A stretch of DNA of 64,000 nt. Source: an uncultured Planctomycetota bacterium (GTDB taxonomy: Bacteria; Planctomycetota; Planctomycetia; Isosphaerales; Isosphaeraceae). The DNA is taken from contig CAVTTN010000002.1 of the NCBI GenBank assembly GCA_963737655.1, positions 5,184,001 to 5,248,000 of the forward strand, given 5' to 3'. The notes under the pieces are model-generated. The model worked only from the letters and a program-made list of their open reading frames with translations. It did no database searches and had not been told where the DNA came from. Position 1 is the stretch's first letter. Each line of letters starts with the position of its first letter. The position numbers were made by a program, and so were the translations under genes. Positions 10,209-21,730 of the stretch are shown piece by piece.

Positions 10209-10810
10209 CGGATCGTTTCCAGGGTTCGAAAGAAGGTTTCGGCCACTCGTCCCTTGCCGCTGGGGCGGATCGGCTTGCTCGGAAAGGCAGGCCCGGCCGG
10301 GGGTTCGGGCAGCAAGTCGAGCGAGACGGGCTCCGCCTCCTCGGCGTGCCGCCCGGCCTTGTCGCGGAGCAGCCGGGCCACCACGGGCGAGGCCGCCGAG
10401 CCCGGCTCGGCGTCCAGGGCCGAGTCGTCCCAGAACGTCGAGACCGGCCGGGGGTCGAACCGCCCCGAATCGTCGGGCCCCGAGGCGTCGTAAAGCCTTC
10501 CCAGGGCGTATCGTTTGGCCCGCTGGCCGCAATTTGCGCAGCGATAGAAATGGTCGCCGAACGGCAGGTACTTGACCCGTTCCAACGGGCCGACCCCGCA
10601 GGCCGGGCACCTCTTGCCGAACAGGCCCAGGATTAGCATCCGCCCGACCAGGAGGCCGCCCAGGACCCCGGCGACGATGCGAAACGTCGGGGAATCCCAC
10701 GAATCGGCCCGGGTCAGCCAGCAAACCAGGCCGACGACCCCGGCCACGGCCATCCATCGGCCGATCGTCATCCCCAAGGGCCGGGGTTTCAATGCGGAGG
10801 GCCTGCCCAT
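10184..10810 (-). CDS. Hypothetical membrane protein with zinc ribbon
   Basis: Two hydrophobic helices followed by CPACG...CANCG; the C-terminal end is uncertain. Confidence 0.55.
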   Translation of the reverse strand: MGRPSALKPRPLGMTIGRWMAVAGVVGLVCWLTRADSWDSPTFRIVAGVLGGLLVGRMLILGLFGKRCPACGVGPLERVKYLPFGDHFYRCANCGQRAKRYALGRLYDASGPDDSGRFDPRPVSTFWDDSALDAEPGSAASPVVARLLRDKAGRHAEEAEPVSLDLLPEPPAGPAFPSKPIRPSGKGRVAETFFRTLETIRWARSSRR

Positions 10811-10908
10811 GAGAGGATCGCGTCCGAAGGGCCGGAATTTCGGGCGTCTCCCCCAATGGTACGCGATCCCACCTGCCGAAAACAGCCCTTGATGAAGAGG
10901 AAGAAGGT

Positions 10909-11367
10909 GATCCGCAGAGGACGCAGAGGAACGCGGATGAAGAATTCGGATGGGTTTTGAACCCTTCGGAATGACGCAACCCGATCGAAACAACCGGCTC
11001 GATAGGAATTATGCACTTCGATCACGACGACGGATTCAGAGACGAAACGCAGATTACGCAGATTTATAAATTTGCATGATCTGCGGTTGCTGAAAGTCCT
11101 TACTGAATCTGCGGTCGATTACGTCTTGCGTCACTCCCAACCCCCCAAAGAGTGACACGGCCGAGGAAAAGTCCAGAGCCTTCGGCGAAACCCAGATCAC
11201 GCAGATTACGCATCTTAATTGTAAATTTATTAATCTGCGTAATCTGCGTAATCTGGGTTTCGCCTAAGGCCCTTACCGAATCGTCGGTCATGATCGAAGT
11301 GCTTAACTCCTACCTTGATCCTCGCCTCGTTTCTCTCCTCTGCGTTCCTCTGCGTTCTCTGCGGATC
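10909..11367. repeat. Nested palindromic non-coding element (~460 bp)
   Basis: Outer arms 10909-10942/11333-11367, second arms 11003-11037/11278-11312, inner hairpin 11178-11270; more AT-rich than its flanks. Confidence 0.85.
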
Positions 11368-11392
11368 GCTTTCCGCGATTTCTTCCAGGACG

Positions 11393-13030
11393 TCAGCGGA
11401 CGACCCGATCGGGGCGAGCCGAGCGGGTGAGGTCGGCCCTGGGCCGGAATTCGTAGAGGACGTAGCGGTCTTCAAAGAAACCCGCCCGGTTGCGAACGCC
11501 TTGATTGGCGAATTCGACCCGTTTTTCGACGAGTTCGAAACGTTCGGTCATGCCCTTCAGCCATTCCGCCACGGCCGGGGCGTCGGCGGGCCGTTCCTGG
11601 AAGACCACGCAGCGGATCGGCCGGCCTGGAGGGAGGTTTTCGACGTCCTTCGCAGGCCCGTGGTGGTGGCGACTCGAATAGATGGCCTGGTGGCAAAGAT
11701 ACAGGGCCGTCCGGTCGTTCCGCCAGCCGATCGGGTCGAGTTTCACGCCGAAGTCGTTGCGGACGCACAGGATCGGCTCGTCCGGCCCGGTCCAGAACCG
11801 GCGGGCGAAGTCGCGGGACTCGCGGTCGTACACCGACTTGTACGGGTGGGCCACGTCCCAGCCCAGTTCGCCCAGACCCACTAATCCCAGGAGGCCCAGC
11901 ACCAGCCTCCCCGTCCGGGGATTCGCCGGCAGGCGGGCGAGGAGGACCGTCCCGCCCAGCCCGGCCATCAAGCAAATGGCGGGCGCGATGTATTGCATGG
12001 TCCGGGCACTTCCGCCGTAAGGATAACGCCCGAGAGAGGATGCGATCAGCCCGAGGGCGAACGGCGTCAGCAGCAGCGCCAGGACGGTCCGCGACCCCCT
12101 CCGCCAGAACGCCAGGATCGCCGCGACGACGCATCCGGTCGTCAACGTGCTGGCGCCACCGTCGCCGCCGGCCGGGTACGCAAACATATGGCTGGTATGG
12201 ACTTTCGCCAGCCACTTCACCAACGGCCAGACGCCTCGGGGCGGGAAGGCGTCGGCCCAGAAGACCTTCATCGTCCCCATCACCGTCTCGCTCTGGGCTG
12301 ACGTCACCAGCTTCAATAAAACATAGAAACCCCCCAGAGTCCCTGTACCAAACAAGGCGAACGGGAACCAGGCGCCGACCCGCCGGGTCTTGAGCACCGG
12401 GACCGCCAGGACCAGCCCCACCGCCCCCGCCGCGAAGATCGCGGGGTGCGACAATCCCACGCTCAAAGGCCCCAGGATCGCCAGACCCCACAAGTACCGC
12501 ATATTTTCCGGCTTACGCAGCCACTCGATGGCCAGGGCGAGCAAGCCGAGGGCGAGGAGGAAGTCGGAGGCGTAGGGCTTGAACTCGCCCCCGTGGCGGA
12601 TCGGGTAATAGCCCACGGCCACGATCGCCACGGCGAGGACCACGGCCGGACCTCGCGTCAACCGGGTCGCGACGTGGCGAAACAGGACCAAACCGCCGAG
12701 CCCGCAGAGAGTTGGGACGAGTCGGAGGGTCATCTCGGAGAACCCGAGCGTCGAGACGACCCATTTTTCCAGCCAGAGGAACAAAAGCGGGCAGACCTGG
12801 ACGTAATCGAGCGGCTTCATCAAACCGGCATAGTCGCGGTCGATCAGGTTCGAGGCCAAGAACGCCTCGTCGCCCCACAGCGGATGTTTCAAGAGGTAAC
12901 GGGCCAGCCGCAAGGCCACGCCGAGGGCCACGAAGCCCCAGGTCCAGGCGGCGACCCGACGGTCGGTCCAGTAGGGATGGTCGCCATCCTTGTGAGCGGA
13001 AAGCGGTTCGAGCCCGATGGTTCCGTCCAT
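11393..13030 (-). CDS. GT-C fold (family 39/PMT-like) membrane glycosyltransferase
   Basis: LWGDEA acidic motif after TM1, QVCPLLF, LRL, EFKPY motifs, many TM helices. Confidence 0.8.
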   Translation of the reverse strand: MDGTIGLEPLSAHKDGDHPYWTDRRVAAWTWGFVALGVALRLARYLLKHPLWGDEAFLASNLIDRDYAGLMKPLDYVQVCPLLFLWLEKWVVSTLGFSEMTLRLVPTLCGLGGLVLFRHVATRLTRGPAVVLAVAIVAVGYYPIRHGGEFKPYASDFLLALGLLALAIEWLRKPENMRYLWGLAILGPLSVGLSHPAIFAAGAVGLVLAVPVLKTRRVGAWFPFALFGTGTLGGFYVLLKLVTSAQSETVMGTMKVFWADAFPPRGVWPLVKWLAKVHTSHMFAYPAGGDGGASTLTTGCVVAAILAFWRRGSRTVLALLLTPFALGLIASSLGRYPYGGSARTMQYIAPAICLMAGLGGTVLLARLPANPRTGRLVLGLLGLVGLGELGWDVAHPYKSVYDRESRDFARRFWTGPDEPILCVRNDFGVKLDPIGWRNDRTALYLCHQAIYSSRHHHGPAKDVENLPPGRPIRCVVFQERPADAPAVAEWLKGMTERFELVEKRVEFANQGVRNRAGFFEDRYVLYEFRPRADLTRSARPDRVVR

Positions 13031-13057
13031 CGCCCCTCCGGGAGAGAGAAGATGTCT

Positions 13058-13191
13058 AACCGCCAAGCCGCCGAGGACGCCAAGGGCAGAGGAGAGGAGA
13101 GGAGAGGAGGAGGAAAGAAGAGAGTTTTCAACTCTTCGATTCTTATTTCCTCCTCTCCTCTGCCCTTGGCGTCCTTGGCGGCTCGGCGGTT
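13058..13191. repeat. Palindromic element with CGCCAAG arms and purine/pyrimidine core (copy 1)
   Basis: AACCGCCAAGCCGCCGAGGACGCCAAG...CTTGGCGTCCTTGGCGGCTCGGCGGTT; an inverted homolog lies at 27254-27402. Confidence 0.9.
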
Positions 13192-13210
13192 CATCCATAT
13201 GTCTTCGCGA

Positions 13211-14611
<1,401 letters not shown>

Positions 14612-14743
14612 GACCTGAGTCTCCTCCCTGAGACCGGACCCCGCTCGATCCGTGCCTGTATCGTCGAAATCCGCGACGGCCGATCCATCCGGCCGTCGCT
14701 TCGTGTCGTGGGAGGGCCCGCCGTGGCGGGCCCGGCGATTCGA

Positions 14744-15196
14744 TTACTTCCCGGCCTTGCGCTTCATGGTGAAATAGAGCTGCTTCTCGCCGGCCTTGGT
14801 CTTGAACTCGGTGGGGACGATCCCGCCCTCGTAGCAATAGGCCAGGCGGAGGGTCTCGCCTTCGGCCTCGATGATCCCCATCGCCTTGGAGCCGTTGCGG
14901 CCCCGGGGGCCTCCGGTCTCGGTCATCGTGATCTTGGACGGCGTCTTGGAGGTGTCGAGCGTGTACTTGGCGACGTAGAGTTCCTTGTCTTCCTTGTCGG
15001 CGACCACGATCCGGTCGTCGGTGATCCTCACGGTCGTGCCGACGACCTTTTCGTCGGGGACGGGCTTGCCGTTGTCCTCCCCGGCGACGACCTCGAAGCT
15101 CCCCACGATCGAGCCGGTCTTCTTCGCGGGATCATCGGCCCGGGCGGTCAGGGTCGCCAGGGCGATCCCCAGGGCGAGAGCGGCGGCGAGTTTCAT
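14744..15196 (-). CDS. TIGR03067-domain secreted protein
   Basis: Signal peptide; YTLDTSKTPSKITM, GIIEAEGETLRLAY and PTEF motifs. Confidence 0.8.
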   Translation of the reverse strand: MKLAAALALGIALATLTARADDPAKKTGSIVGSFEVVAGEDNGKPVPDEKVVGTTVRITDDRIVVADKEDKELYVAKYTLDTSKTPSKITMTETGGPRGRNGSKAMGIIEAEGETLRLAYCYEGGIVPTEFKTKAGEKQLYFTMKRKAGK

Positions 15197-15311
15197 GAGT
15201 CCGGTCCTCCTCCGGGCGGAATCCGTCGGGACGAGCCCATTCGCGTCCCTCCCCGAACCTCCTCGTACAAAACCGATGCCGATCGGCGGGCAATCCCATC
15301 GGCGCCGCCTC

Positions 15312-16903
15312 TCAGGCCGCGCGAATCCCCAGGGCGGCCGACTCCTCGGCCGGGCGGACCGGCAGGCGGACGGTGAACGTGGCGCCGTGGCCTTCTCCGG
15401 GGCTGGTGGCCGTGATCGAGCCCTGGTGCTGGCTGACGATGTTGTGGGTGATCGACAGGCCCAGCCCGGTCCCCTTGCCGACCTTCCTCCGGGTGAAGAA
15501 CGGCTCGAAAATGTTCTCCAGGACCTCGGCCGACATCCCGCAACCCTCGTCGGCGAAGACCATCTCGGCCATCCCCTCGGCGTGGCGGAGGTCGATCCTC
15601 AGCGAGCCGCCGGGCTCCATGCAGTCCAGGGCGTTGACGACCAGGTTCAGGACGACCTGCTTGATCTCCTGCTCGTCGGCGTGGGCCATCACGCCTTCCC
15701 TGGGCTGGAAGACGATCTGCTTGCCGCGATACTTGCCCATGTGGAGGACCATCTCCACGACGCCCTGGATCAGCCCCGCGAGGTCGGTCCGGGCCCTCTG
15801 GATCTCGCCGCACCGGGAGAAGTCCAGGAGCTTCTCGGTGATCCGTTTGCAGCGGAAGGCTTCTTCCTGGATCATCCGCAGGTAATTGGCGATGACCTTG
15901 GCGTCGCCGCCGGAGCCGTCGGGGAAGGCGCCCGGAGGCGGCTCTCCATCGCCTCGGAACAGAACGCGATCGACGCCAGCGGGTTGTTGATCTCGTGGGC
16001 GACCCCGGCGGCGAGGAAGCCGACCCCGGCGAGCCTCTCCGACCGGACGAGCTGCCGGCTCCGTTCCTGGACCTGGCGTTCCAGGTCCGAATAGGTGGCG
16101 CTGAGGCGGGCGGTCATGTCGTTGAACGCCTCGGCCAGGGCCTGCATCTCGTCGCCGGTGGCCAGGTCGATATGGTAGTCGAAGGACCCCCGGGCCACGC
16201 GACGGACGCCCCGTTGCAACAGCCGGACCGGGTAGAGCACCCAGCGATGGAACAGCGCGGCCAGCCCGGCGAGCATCGCCAGGACGGCCATCGCGGCCGT
16301 CCAGACGATCACCCGGCAGGACTCGTACTGCTTCTTCGAGCCGACGAGGACCTCGAAGAAGTCGCGATGGAGGATGCGGGGCAGCGTCATCACCCGCTCG
16401 TTCAGGCGGTTGATCCGGGTGGCGAGGTCCAGGGGGCCGGACTCGGCGTCGGTGGGCTCGGGGTTGTCGCGGACCCACTGCTCGGTATACGGCAGGATCG
16501 GGCCGACCTTGGCCCCGGGCTCGAGCTGGCGGAGGATGGCGGCGAGGTCGTGGTCGATCCGGAAGGCCAGGCCGAGCTCGTCGCGGATGTCCGGGCGGTT
16601 GCCTCGGCTGTTGTTCTCCTTGAGCTGGTCGCAATAGGCGGTCAGGGCCTTCCTCGCCTCGCGGAGCTGGGCCTGGAGGCGGTCGCGCTCGCCCGGGGCC
16701 TCGCCCCGGAGGCTATCGATCTGGACGCAGAGCCGCAGGAGCTCGGCCGAGGCGCCGAGCTCGCGGAGCTGGTCGGTCAGGACGAGGTTGCTGGAGTGGA
16801 AGGCGTGGAGGCCGAAGATCGAGCCGCCCATGAGGGTCAGCATCATCCCGATGACCAGGCTGAGCCCGGCGATCAGCTTGACGCGGATAGGCCACTTGGG
16901 CAT
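15312..16903 (-). CDS. Sensor histidine kinase with HAMP domain (frameshift near 15935)
   Basis: Two TM helices, HAMP, H-box GVAHEINNPL; N, G1, F and G2 boxes (NLVVNA, DEGCG, FEPFFT, GTGLGL) in the second frame. Confidence 0.9.
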
Positions 16904-17183
16904 TACGACCTCCTTGTCGCAACGTCGAGAAGGCCGCCTCGCTTCCTGGAGGCGGTGGGGACGGGCCCCATTCGGGCGGAGCGAGACGGACTATACCAGA
17001 CCGGCCCCGAGGCTCAAAGGCGAGGTCTCCCGGTTTTCCTCAAGACCCCGGGGCCGGCGGCCGATGCGGCGGCCGGGGCGGGGTCGCGTCTTGTTCGGAT
17101 CCGGCACCTTTCGTACAGTGCCCGGGGCCTTCTTTCGACGGAGGGACCAACGAACCGCCAGGCCGACGGCCCCGAGGTGACGC

Positions 17184-18095
17184 ATGTCCCTGACCGGCGA
17201 CTTCTTCCGCGAGGCCCATCAGTTCGCCAACGGCCATTCGCTCTATCCCTACGCCGATGCCGTCACCAACCAGGCGCACATGAAGAGCCTGGCGCTGGCC
17301 GACGGCTCCCAGTTCACCCAGGTCCAGGGAGACAACAAGGTCGCCTTTCTCGAAGTCCTGCCGGCCTCGCAGGTCAATCCCCTGCCCAGCGACATGACCT
17401 CGGTCTTCTCCTACACCAACGACGAGGCCCTGTGGGTCCTGCGGATCACGTACCAGAGGCCCAACAAGAAGGCGATCCCCTCGTACTTCCTCCCCTGGAG
17501 GAAGGACCACATGATGAGGATCAAGCTCAAGCCCAGCCCCAAGCACGCGACGACCGAGAAGAACAAGGTCGTCCAGCCCGACGTCTTCGTCACCGCGGCC
17601 CTCCAGGGCTGCTCGATCATGGTCAGCGGCGAGCCCGAGCAGCCGGTCGTCTACCACCTCAACGCCGCCAGCACCAAGGGCCCCCACGACGAGACCTTCG
17701 GCGGCAACGACGCCCAGTTCGACATCGCCGCCGCCAGCAAGATCCAGAAGATGAGGCAGATGTACGCCTCGGCCCGTTCGGAATTCCGCAAGGAAGGCCC
17801 CAAGACCGAGTTCGGGCTCCGGGGCAATCAGGACGCCTTCACCAGCTCGGGCGCCCACGTGAACGAATACATGCTCGGGGTGAAGCCCGGGGTCAACGCC
17901 ATGCTCCGCAACCAGTACGCCGGGGTGGGGAACCTCCACCAGGTCGCCCAGTTCGGCACCGTCTTCGGCGTCCGCAAGGACGGGACCTGGCGCTTCTACC
18001 GCCAGTCCCGCACCCGCCTGAGCTTCACCCCGCCCTCGGGCGGCGGGGACGTCCATCGCTGGGTCAATCCCGTCTGCGTGAGGTTCTGGCCCTGA
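17184..18095 (+). CDS. Hypothetical protein with CNF1/BLF1-like Cys-His deamidase motif
   Basis: Clean 303-aa ORF, GAGGT RBS, high GC3; FVTAALQGC-x14-HLNA motif. Confidence 0.65.
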   Translation: MSLTGDFFREAHQFANGHSLYPYADAVTNQAHMKSLALADGSQFTQVQGDNKVAFLEVLPASQVNPLPSDMTSVFSYTNDEALWVLRITYQRPNKKAIPSYFLPWRKDHMMRIKLKPSPKHATTEKNKVVQPDVFVTAALQGCSIMVSGEPEQPVVYHLNAASTKGPHDETFGGNDAQFDIAAASKIQKMRQMYASARSEFRKEGPKTEFGLRGNQDAFTSSGAHVNEYMLGVKPGVNAMLRNQYAGVGNLHQVAQFGTVFGVRKDGTWRFYRQSRTRLSFTPPSGGGDVHRWVNPVCVRFWP

Positions 18096-18108
18096 ACGGC
18101 CCCGAGAT

Positions 18109-19565
18109 TCAGCCGGCCGGACCCGCCAGGGCCAGCGCCGCGGCCGAGGCGATCGCCAGGACCAGGGCCAGCGACCATCTCAGCCGCGAAACGCCTGTCT
18201 GGAACCGTTTTTCCGCCCCGGGCGAGCCTTCCAGCCCTTCGAGGAACGCGATCCTCCGGGCGATGCTCCCGTGCCGCCACGAGGGCGACCTCTCGGACAT
18301 CCCGTTCAGCGCCGCCACCTCCGAAAGGGCGTTGGCGAACGTCCGGATCCCCACCGGGCAGAGGTCGCGGATCGGGCTGAACGGCATCTCCGGGGCGTTC
18401 AGGTCGGCGTGAGGAGGGCAATCCGTCCGGCCGCACGAGACGGCCCGGCAGCCGTAGACGTCCGCCTGCCTCTCGAACTTCCTCGACAGAAACCCGAACA
18501 CCACCACGAAATACGCCGCGAGGACCGCGAGCTGCAACGCCCCGTCGGCGACCTCCGCGACCGTCGCCGAGTATTTCCAGGCCGTCAACAGCCCTTCCAG
18601 GCTCCCGAATCGCCCCAACGCCTCGAACGCCAGCGACATGGCCCCGGTGCTGCCGAGGAAGAACAGGGCGAAGAACGGCAGGTGCCGGTGGGCGATGTGC
18701 CCGACCTCGTGGCCGAAGACGGCCTCGATCTCGTGGTCGTCGAGGTTCTGGATCATCGCGTCGGTAATCAGCACATAGCGGAACCACGGCACCGCCCCGG
18801 TCACCCCGGCGTTGACGATCGACCCGCCGGTGTCCCACACGCGGATGTCCGAGCAGCGGAACCGGAGGCGGCGGCTCAGCCGTTCGAGCCGGTCGCGCAA
18901 CGGGCCCGGTTCCATCGTCCGGGTCGGCCAGGTCAGCCGGACGAACGCCGGGGAGAGGACGAAGACCAGCGTGCCGACGGTCGCCATCCCGACGAACTGG
19001 ACCGTGGGATCGTCGGACCGGGTCGGGAACTGCCATCGCAGCAAGTCCCGGCCCAGGACGTACATGAGGGCCACGGGCAGGATCAGCCCGAGCGACTGCC
19101 GGGCCTTCCTCACGAGGTAGGAGAGGAAGCCGGCCCGCGCCACGCTCGGCCTCAAGGCGCGTTCGGCCCGGTACAGGCCGCACCAGGCCAAAACCTGGCC
19201 CAGGAGGTACGGGGCCAGGACCGCGAGTTCCTCCACCGCCATCACGCCCCGGAGGCGGAACCCCCAGGCGACGACCCGGGGCCAGTCCACGGCCATCAGG
19301 GTCCAGGCGAAGACGGCCAGGCCCAGGCCCACGACCCCTCGGGACGCCCAACCGAACGCCCGGCGGGCCCCGGACCTGGAGTCGCCGCCCTCGGCAAGAC
19401 GGGCGATCAGGGCGCCGAAGATCGTGGCCAGGAGCCCGACCAGGACCGCGCCGCCGCCGGCCTCGAGGACTCGGCGGAGGAAGTCCGGCCCGAGAGCGGG
19501 CCGCTCTCGGTGGGCAGGCCCAGGCCGAAGGCCAGGACCATCGCGAGCATCAGGGGGACGGGCAT
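18109..19565 (-). CDS. M48 family (Ste24/HtpX-like) membrane zinc metalloprotease (frameshift near 19490)
   Basis: NAGVTG, HEVGH (HExxH), ERQAD and HGSIARRI motifs; multiple TM helices; MPVPLML start in another frame. Confidence 0.85.
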
Positions 19566-19619
19566 GGAGGACGCCTTCGCTTCGAGGCCCGATCGGACCT
19601 CCGCTCACCTCACCCCTGA

Positions 19620-20303
19620 TCAGGTCGCCGCCGCACCGACCACGATGATCTGGACCGGCAAGGTCGCCGGAGACGACTCGCCCGGCACCGTCAGCGGCAG
19701 CCCGACGACCGCTCCCCACGTGTTCTTCGCCTCGTCCCGGGCGATCCCCGGGGCCTTGGCGTTCGCCGGGGCGGCCAGGAGCATCAACACCGCCGGATGG
19801 CTGGCGCCGGCCGTCTCGGCGCTGGTCTTCTCCAGCGGCTTCTTCTCCAGGGGGGCCGTCGAGCCGTCCTTCGCCGCCGGCAGGAGCAGGGCGTAATCGC
19901 GGAACGGGCTGACGCCGAGGTGGTCGCCGTTGATCGGCTGGAGGCCGTATCGGAGCGTGTACACGCCGGGAGGGATCGACTGATCGCGGTAATCATGCCC
20001 CTCGACCACGAACCGGACGGCGCCGAGCAGCTCCCCCTCGGACAGCACGGGGAACTGGACCGCCCCCTTCGGCCCGGAGGGCTTGCTCGTCGCCGGAACC
20101 GCCTTGCGGAGCCAGACTTCGGCGAACGGCTTGCCGTCGCCGTCGGTCACGCGAAGGCCCTCGGACGCCAGCGCCTCCTTGACCGGAGCGGCCAGGCCCG
20201 AGGGCGGGGCGGACTTCAAGGGCTCGACCTTGTAACTCTCCTGACCCAGGGCCACCGCCGGGAGGGCAAGGGCCGCCAGCGCCACCAGTCGGATCAAAGG
20301 CAT
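19620..20303 (-). CDS. Conserved secreted hypothetical protein
   Basis: Signal peptide; DYRDQ.I.PGVYTLRY..QP.NGDHLGV motif block. Confidence 0.7.
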   Translation of the reverse strand: MPLIRLVALAALALPAVALGQESYKVEPLKSAPPSGLAAPVKEALASEGLRVTDGDGKPFAEVWLRKAVPATSKPSGPKGAVQFPVLSEGELLGAVRFVVEGHDYRDQSIPPGVYTLRYGLQPINGDHLGVSPFRDYALLLPAAKDGSTAPLEKKPLEKTSAETAGASHPAVLMLLAAPANAKAPGIARDEAKNTWGAVVGLPLTVPGESSPATLPVQIIVVGAAAT

Positions 20304-20368
20304 CGGGTGCGATTCCCAGGGGGGCGGATTCGGGGGTCCGGGTCCGGCGGGGCGGGAAAAACGGTTCC

Positions 20369-20456
20369 GGGGTGGCATGCCCTCGTCTTCGTGGGCATGT
20401 CTTTGATCAGGCATGCACCGAAGACATGCCCACGAAGACGTGGGCATGCCACCCGG
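20369..20456. repeat. REP-like doublet, family C (GGGTGGCATGCCC...GGGCATG)
   Basis: GGGTGGCATGCCCTCGTCTTCGTGGGCATGTCTT and a near-exact inverted copy. Confidence 0.85.
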
Positions 20457-20462
20457 AGCCGA

Positions 20463-21158
20463 TCAGTTGGCGAAGTGGCCGACGAAGCTGCTCCGGCAGT
20501 TCGGGTCGTCCCAGGTGGCTTCCAGGGCCTTGCCCTTGAAGGTGTGGGCCAGCGTGTAGGCCGGGACCGCCTGAACTCCCTTGGACAGCGGGGGATACTC
20601 CACCCGCTCGTTGCCGCAGAAGTGGTCCGTGTCTTCCATCGGCCGGGTCAGGATCTCGGCGAGGCCGGAGACCCAGACGCTGGCCCGGGGGGCCGGGGCC
20701 ATGTGGTGGCTGTCGTGGGCGGTTTCGGTCGCGATCGAGCCGGGCTCGTGGGTCTCGACCGTCACGCCGATCCGGGCCGAGCGGATCTCGGCCACCGTCT
20801 TGAGCCGCTCGCCGCCCATCTCCTTGGCGAACGCCACGAGGGCGGCCTTCTGCTCGGGGGTGGCCCTCTGATCGACGATCAAGACGGCCCTGGCCGCCTT
20901 CACGTCGTCCACGGTGAAGGTGGTGGTGCCCTTCACGGCCGCCACGACCGACAGCCCGGCGAGGTCCTGACCCTGATACGTGCCTTCGGTGACCTTCCAG
21001 GCCAGGACGGCCCGATCGCCGACGTTGAAGATTTCGGAGTTGGAGAAGCACGGGCCGGTGTAGATGTCGGCGGTCCGCGCCTCGACGTAATCGCCGCGGA
21101 TTCCGGGCGTCCCGGCCACGGCCAGGGCGCCGAGGAGGCTCGTCAGGGCGGTCATCAT
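20463..21158 (-). CDS. DUF1326-like secreted protein
   Basis: GDYVEARTADIYTGPCFSNSE N-terminal motif, HFCGNE...YPPL, SSFVGHF C-terminus. Confidence 0.7.
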   Translation of the reverse strand: MMTALTSLLGALAVAGTPGIRGDYVEARTADIYTGPCFSNSEIFNVGDRAVLAWKVTEGTYQGQDLAGLSVVAAVKGTTTFTVDDVKAARAVLIVDQRATPEQKAALVAFAKEMGGERLKTVAEIRSARIGVTVETHEPGSIATETAHDSHHMAPAPRASVWVSGLAEILTRPMEDTDHFCGNERVEYPPLSKGVQAVPAYTLAHTFKGKALEATWDDPNCRSSFVGHFAN

Positions 21159-21252
21159 CTGGGGTTCGCTCCCGACCCGGCAGGGTCTGTGGGGACTCTC
21201 GGGATGGCATCCGGGGCAATCAGACGATTGTGCGTCCGGGGAGAGGCCGGAG

Positions 21253-21591
21253 TCAAGGGCCGGACGAGCGATCGGCCCGGACCTGGCTCTTGATCGTCTC
21301 GAAGGCCGAGGCGATCTGGTCCCGTTCGGATTGGTACGCCGTCACGCTCTGTTCCAGGCGATCGTTGGCGTCTTCCAGGGCCGCGATCCGTCGGGCGTCT
21401 TCGACGGCTCGGGCCGCCAGGTCCTGATCGCGGTTCCGGAGCCGGACCAGAGAATCCTTCGCCTGGGCAAGCTCGGACCGCACGGCCTGGGTCTGCCTCC
21501 GGCTGGCCTCCAGGTCGCGCCGGGGGACGAACGCGCAGCCCGAGAGTGCGAGCAGGACCAGGCAGACCAGCGATTTCCGGCGATCGATCAT
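21253..21591 (-). CDS. Small coiled-coil lipoprotein
   Basis: Lipobox LSGC followed by a heptad-rich helix. Confidence 0.75.
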   Translation of the reverse strand: MIDRRKSLVCLVLLALSGCAFVPRRDLEASRRQTQAVRSELAQAKDSLVRLRNRDQDLAARAVEDARRIAALEDANDRLEQSVTAYQSERDQIASAFETIKSQVRADRSSGP

Positions 21592-21628
21592 CGGCCCCGA
21601 ATCCTTTCGGGTGCGAGGACATCCATCA

Positions 21629-21691
21629 CCCCGTAGGGCAGGCCTCGGCCTGCCGTCGGTGCATCGGCAGGCCGAGGCCTGCCCTACGGGG
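21629..21691. repeat. REP doublet, GTAG family B
   Basis: GTAGGGCAGGCCTCGGCCTGCCG plus inverted copy. Confidence 0.9.
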
Positions 21692-21730
21692 GATGTTTCT
21701 CAGCGTACGACGGCTCAATCTTTCCCGCGA

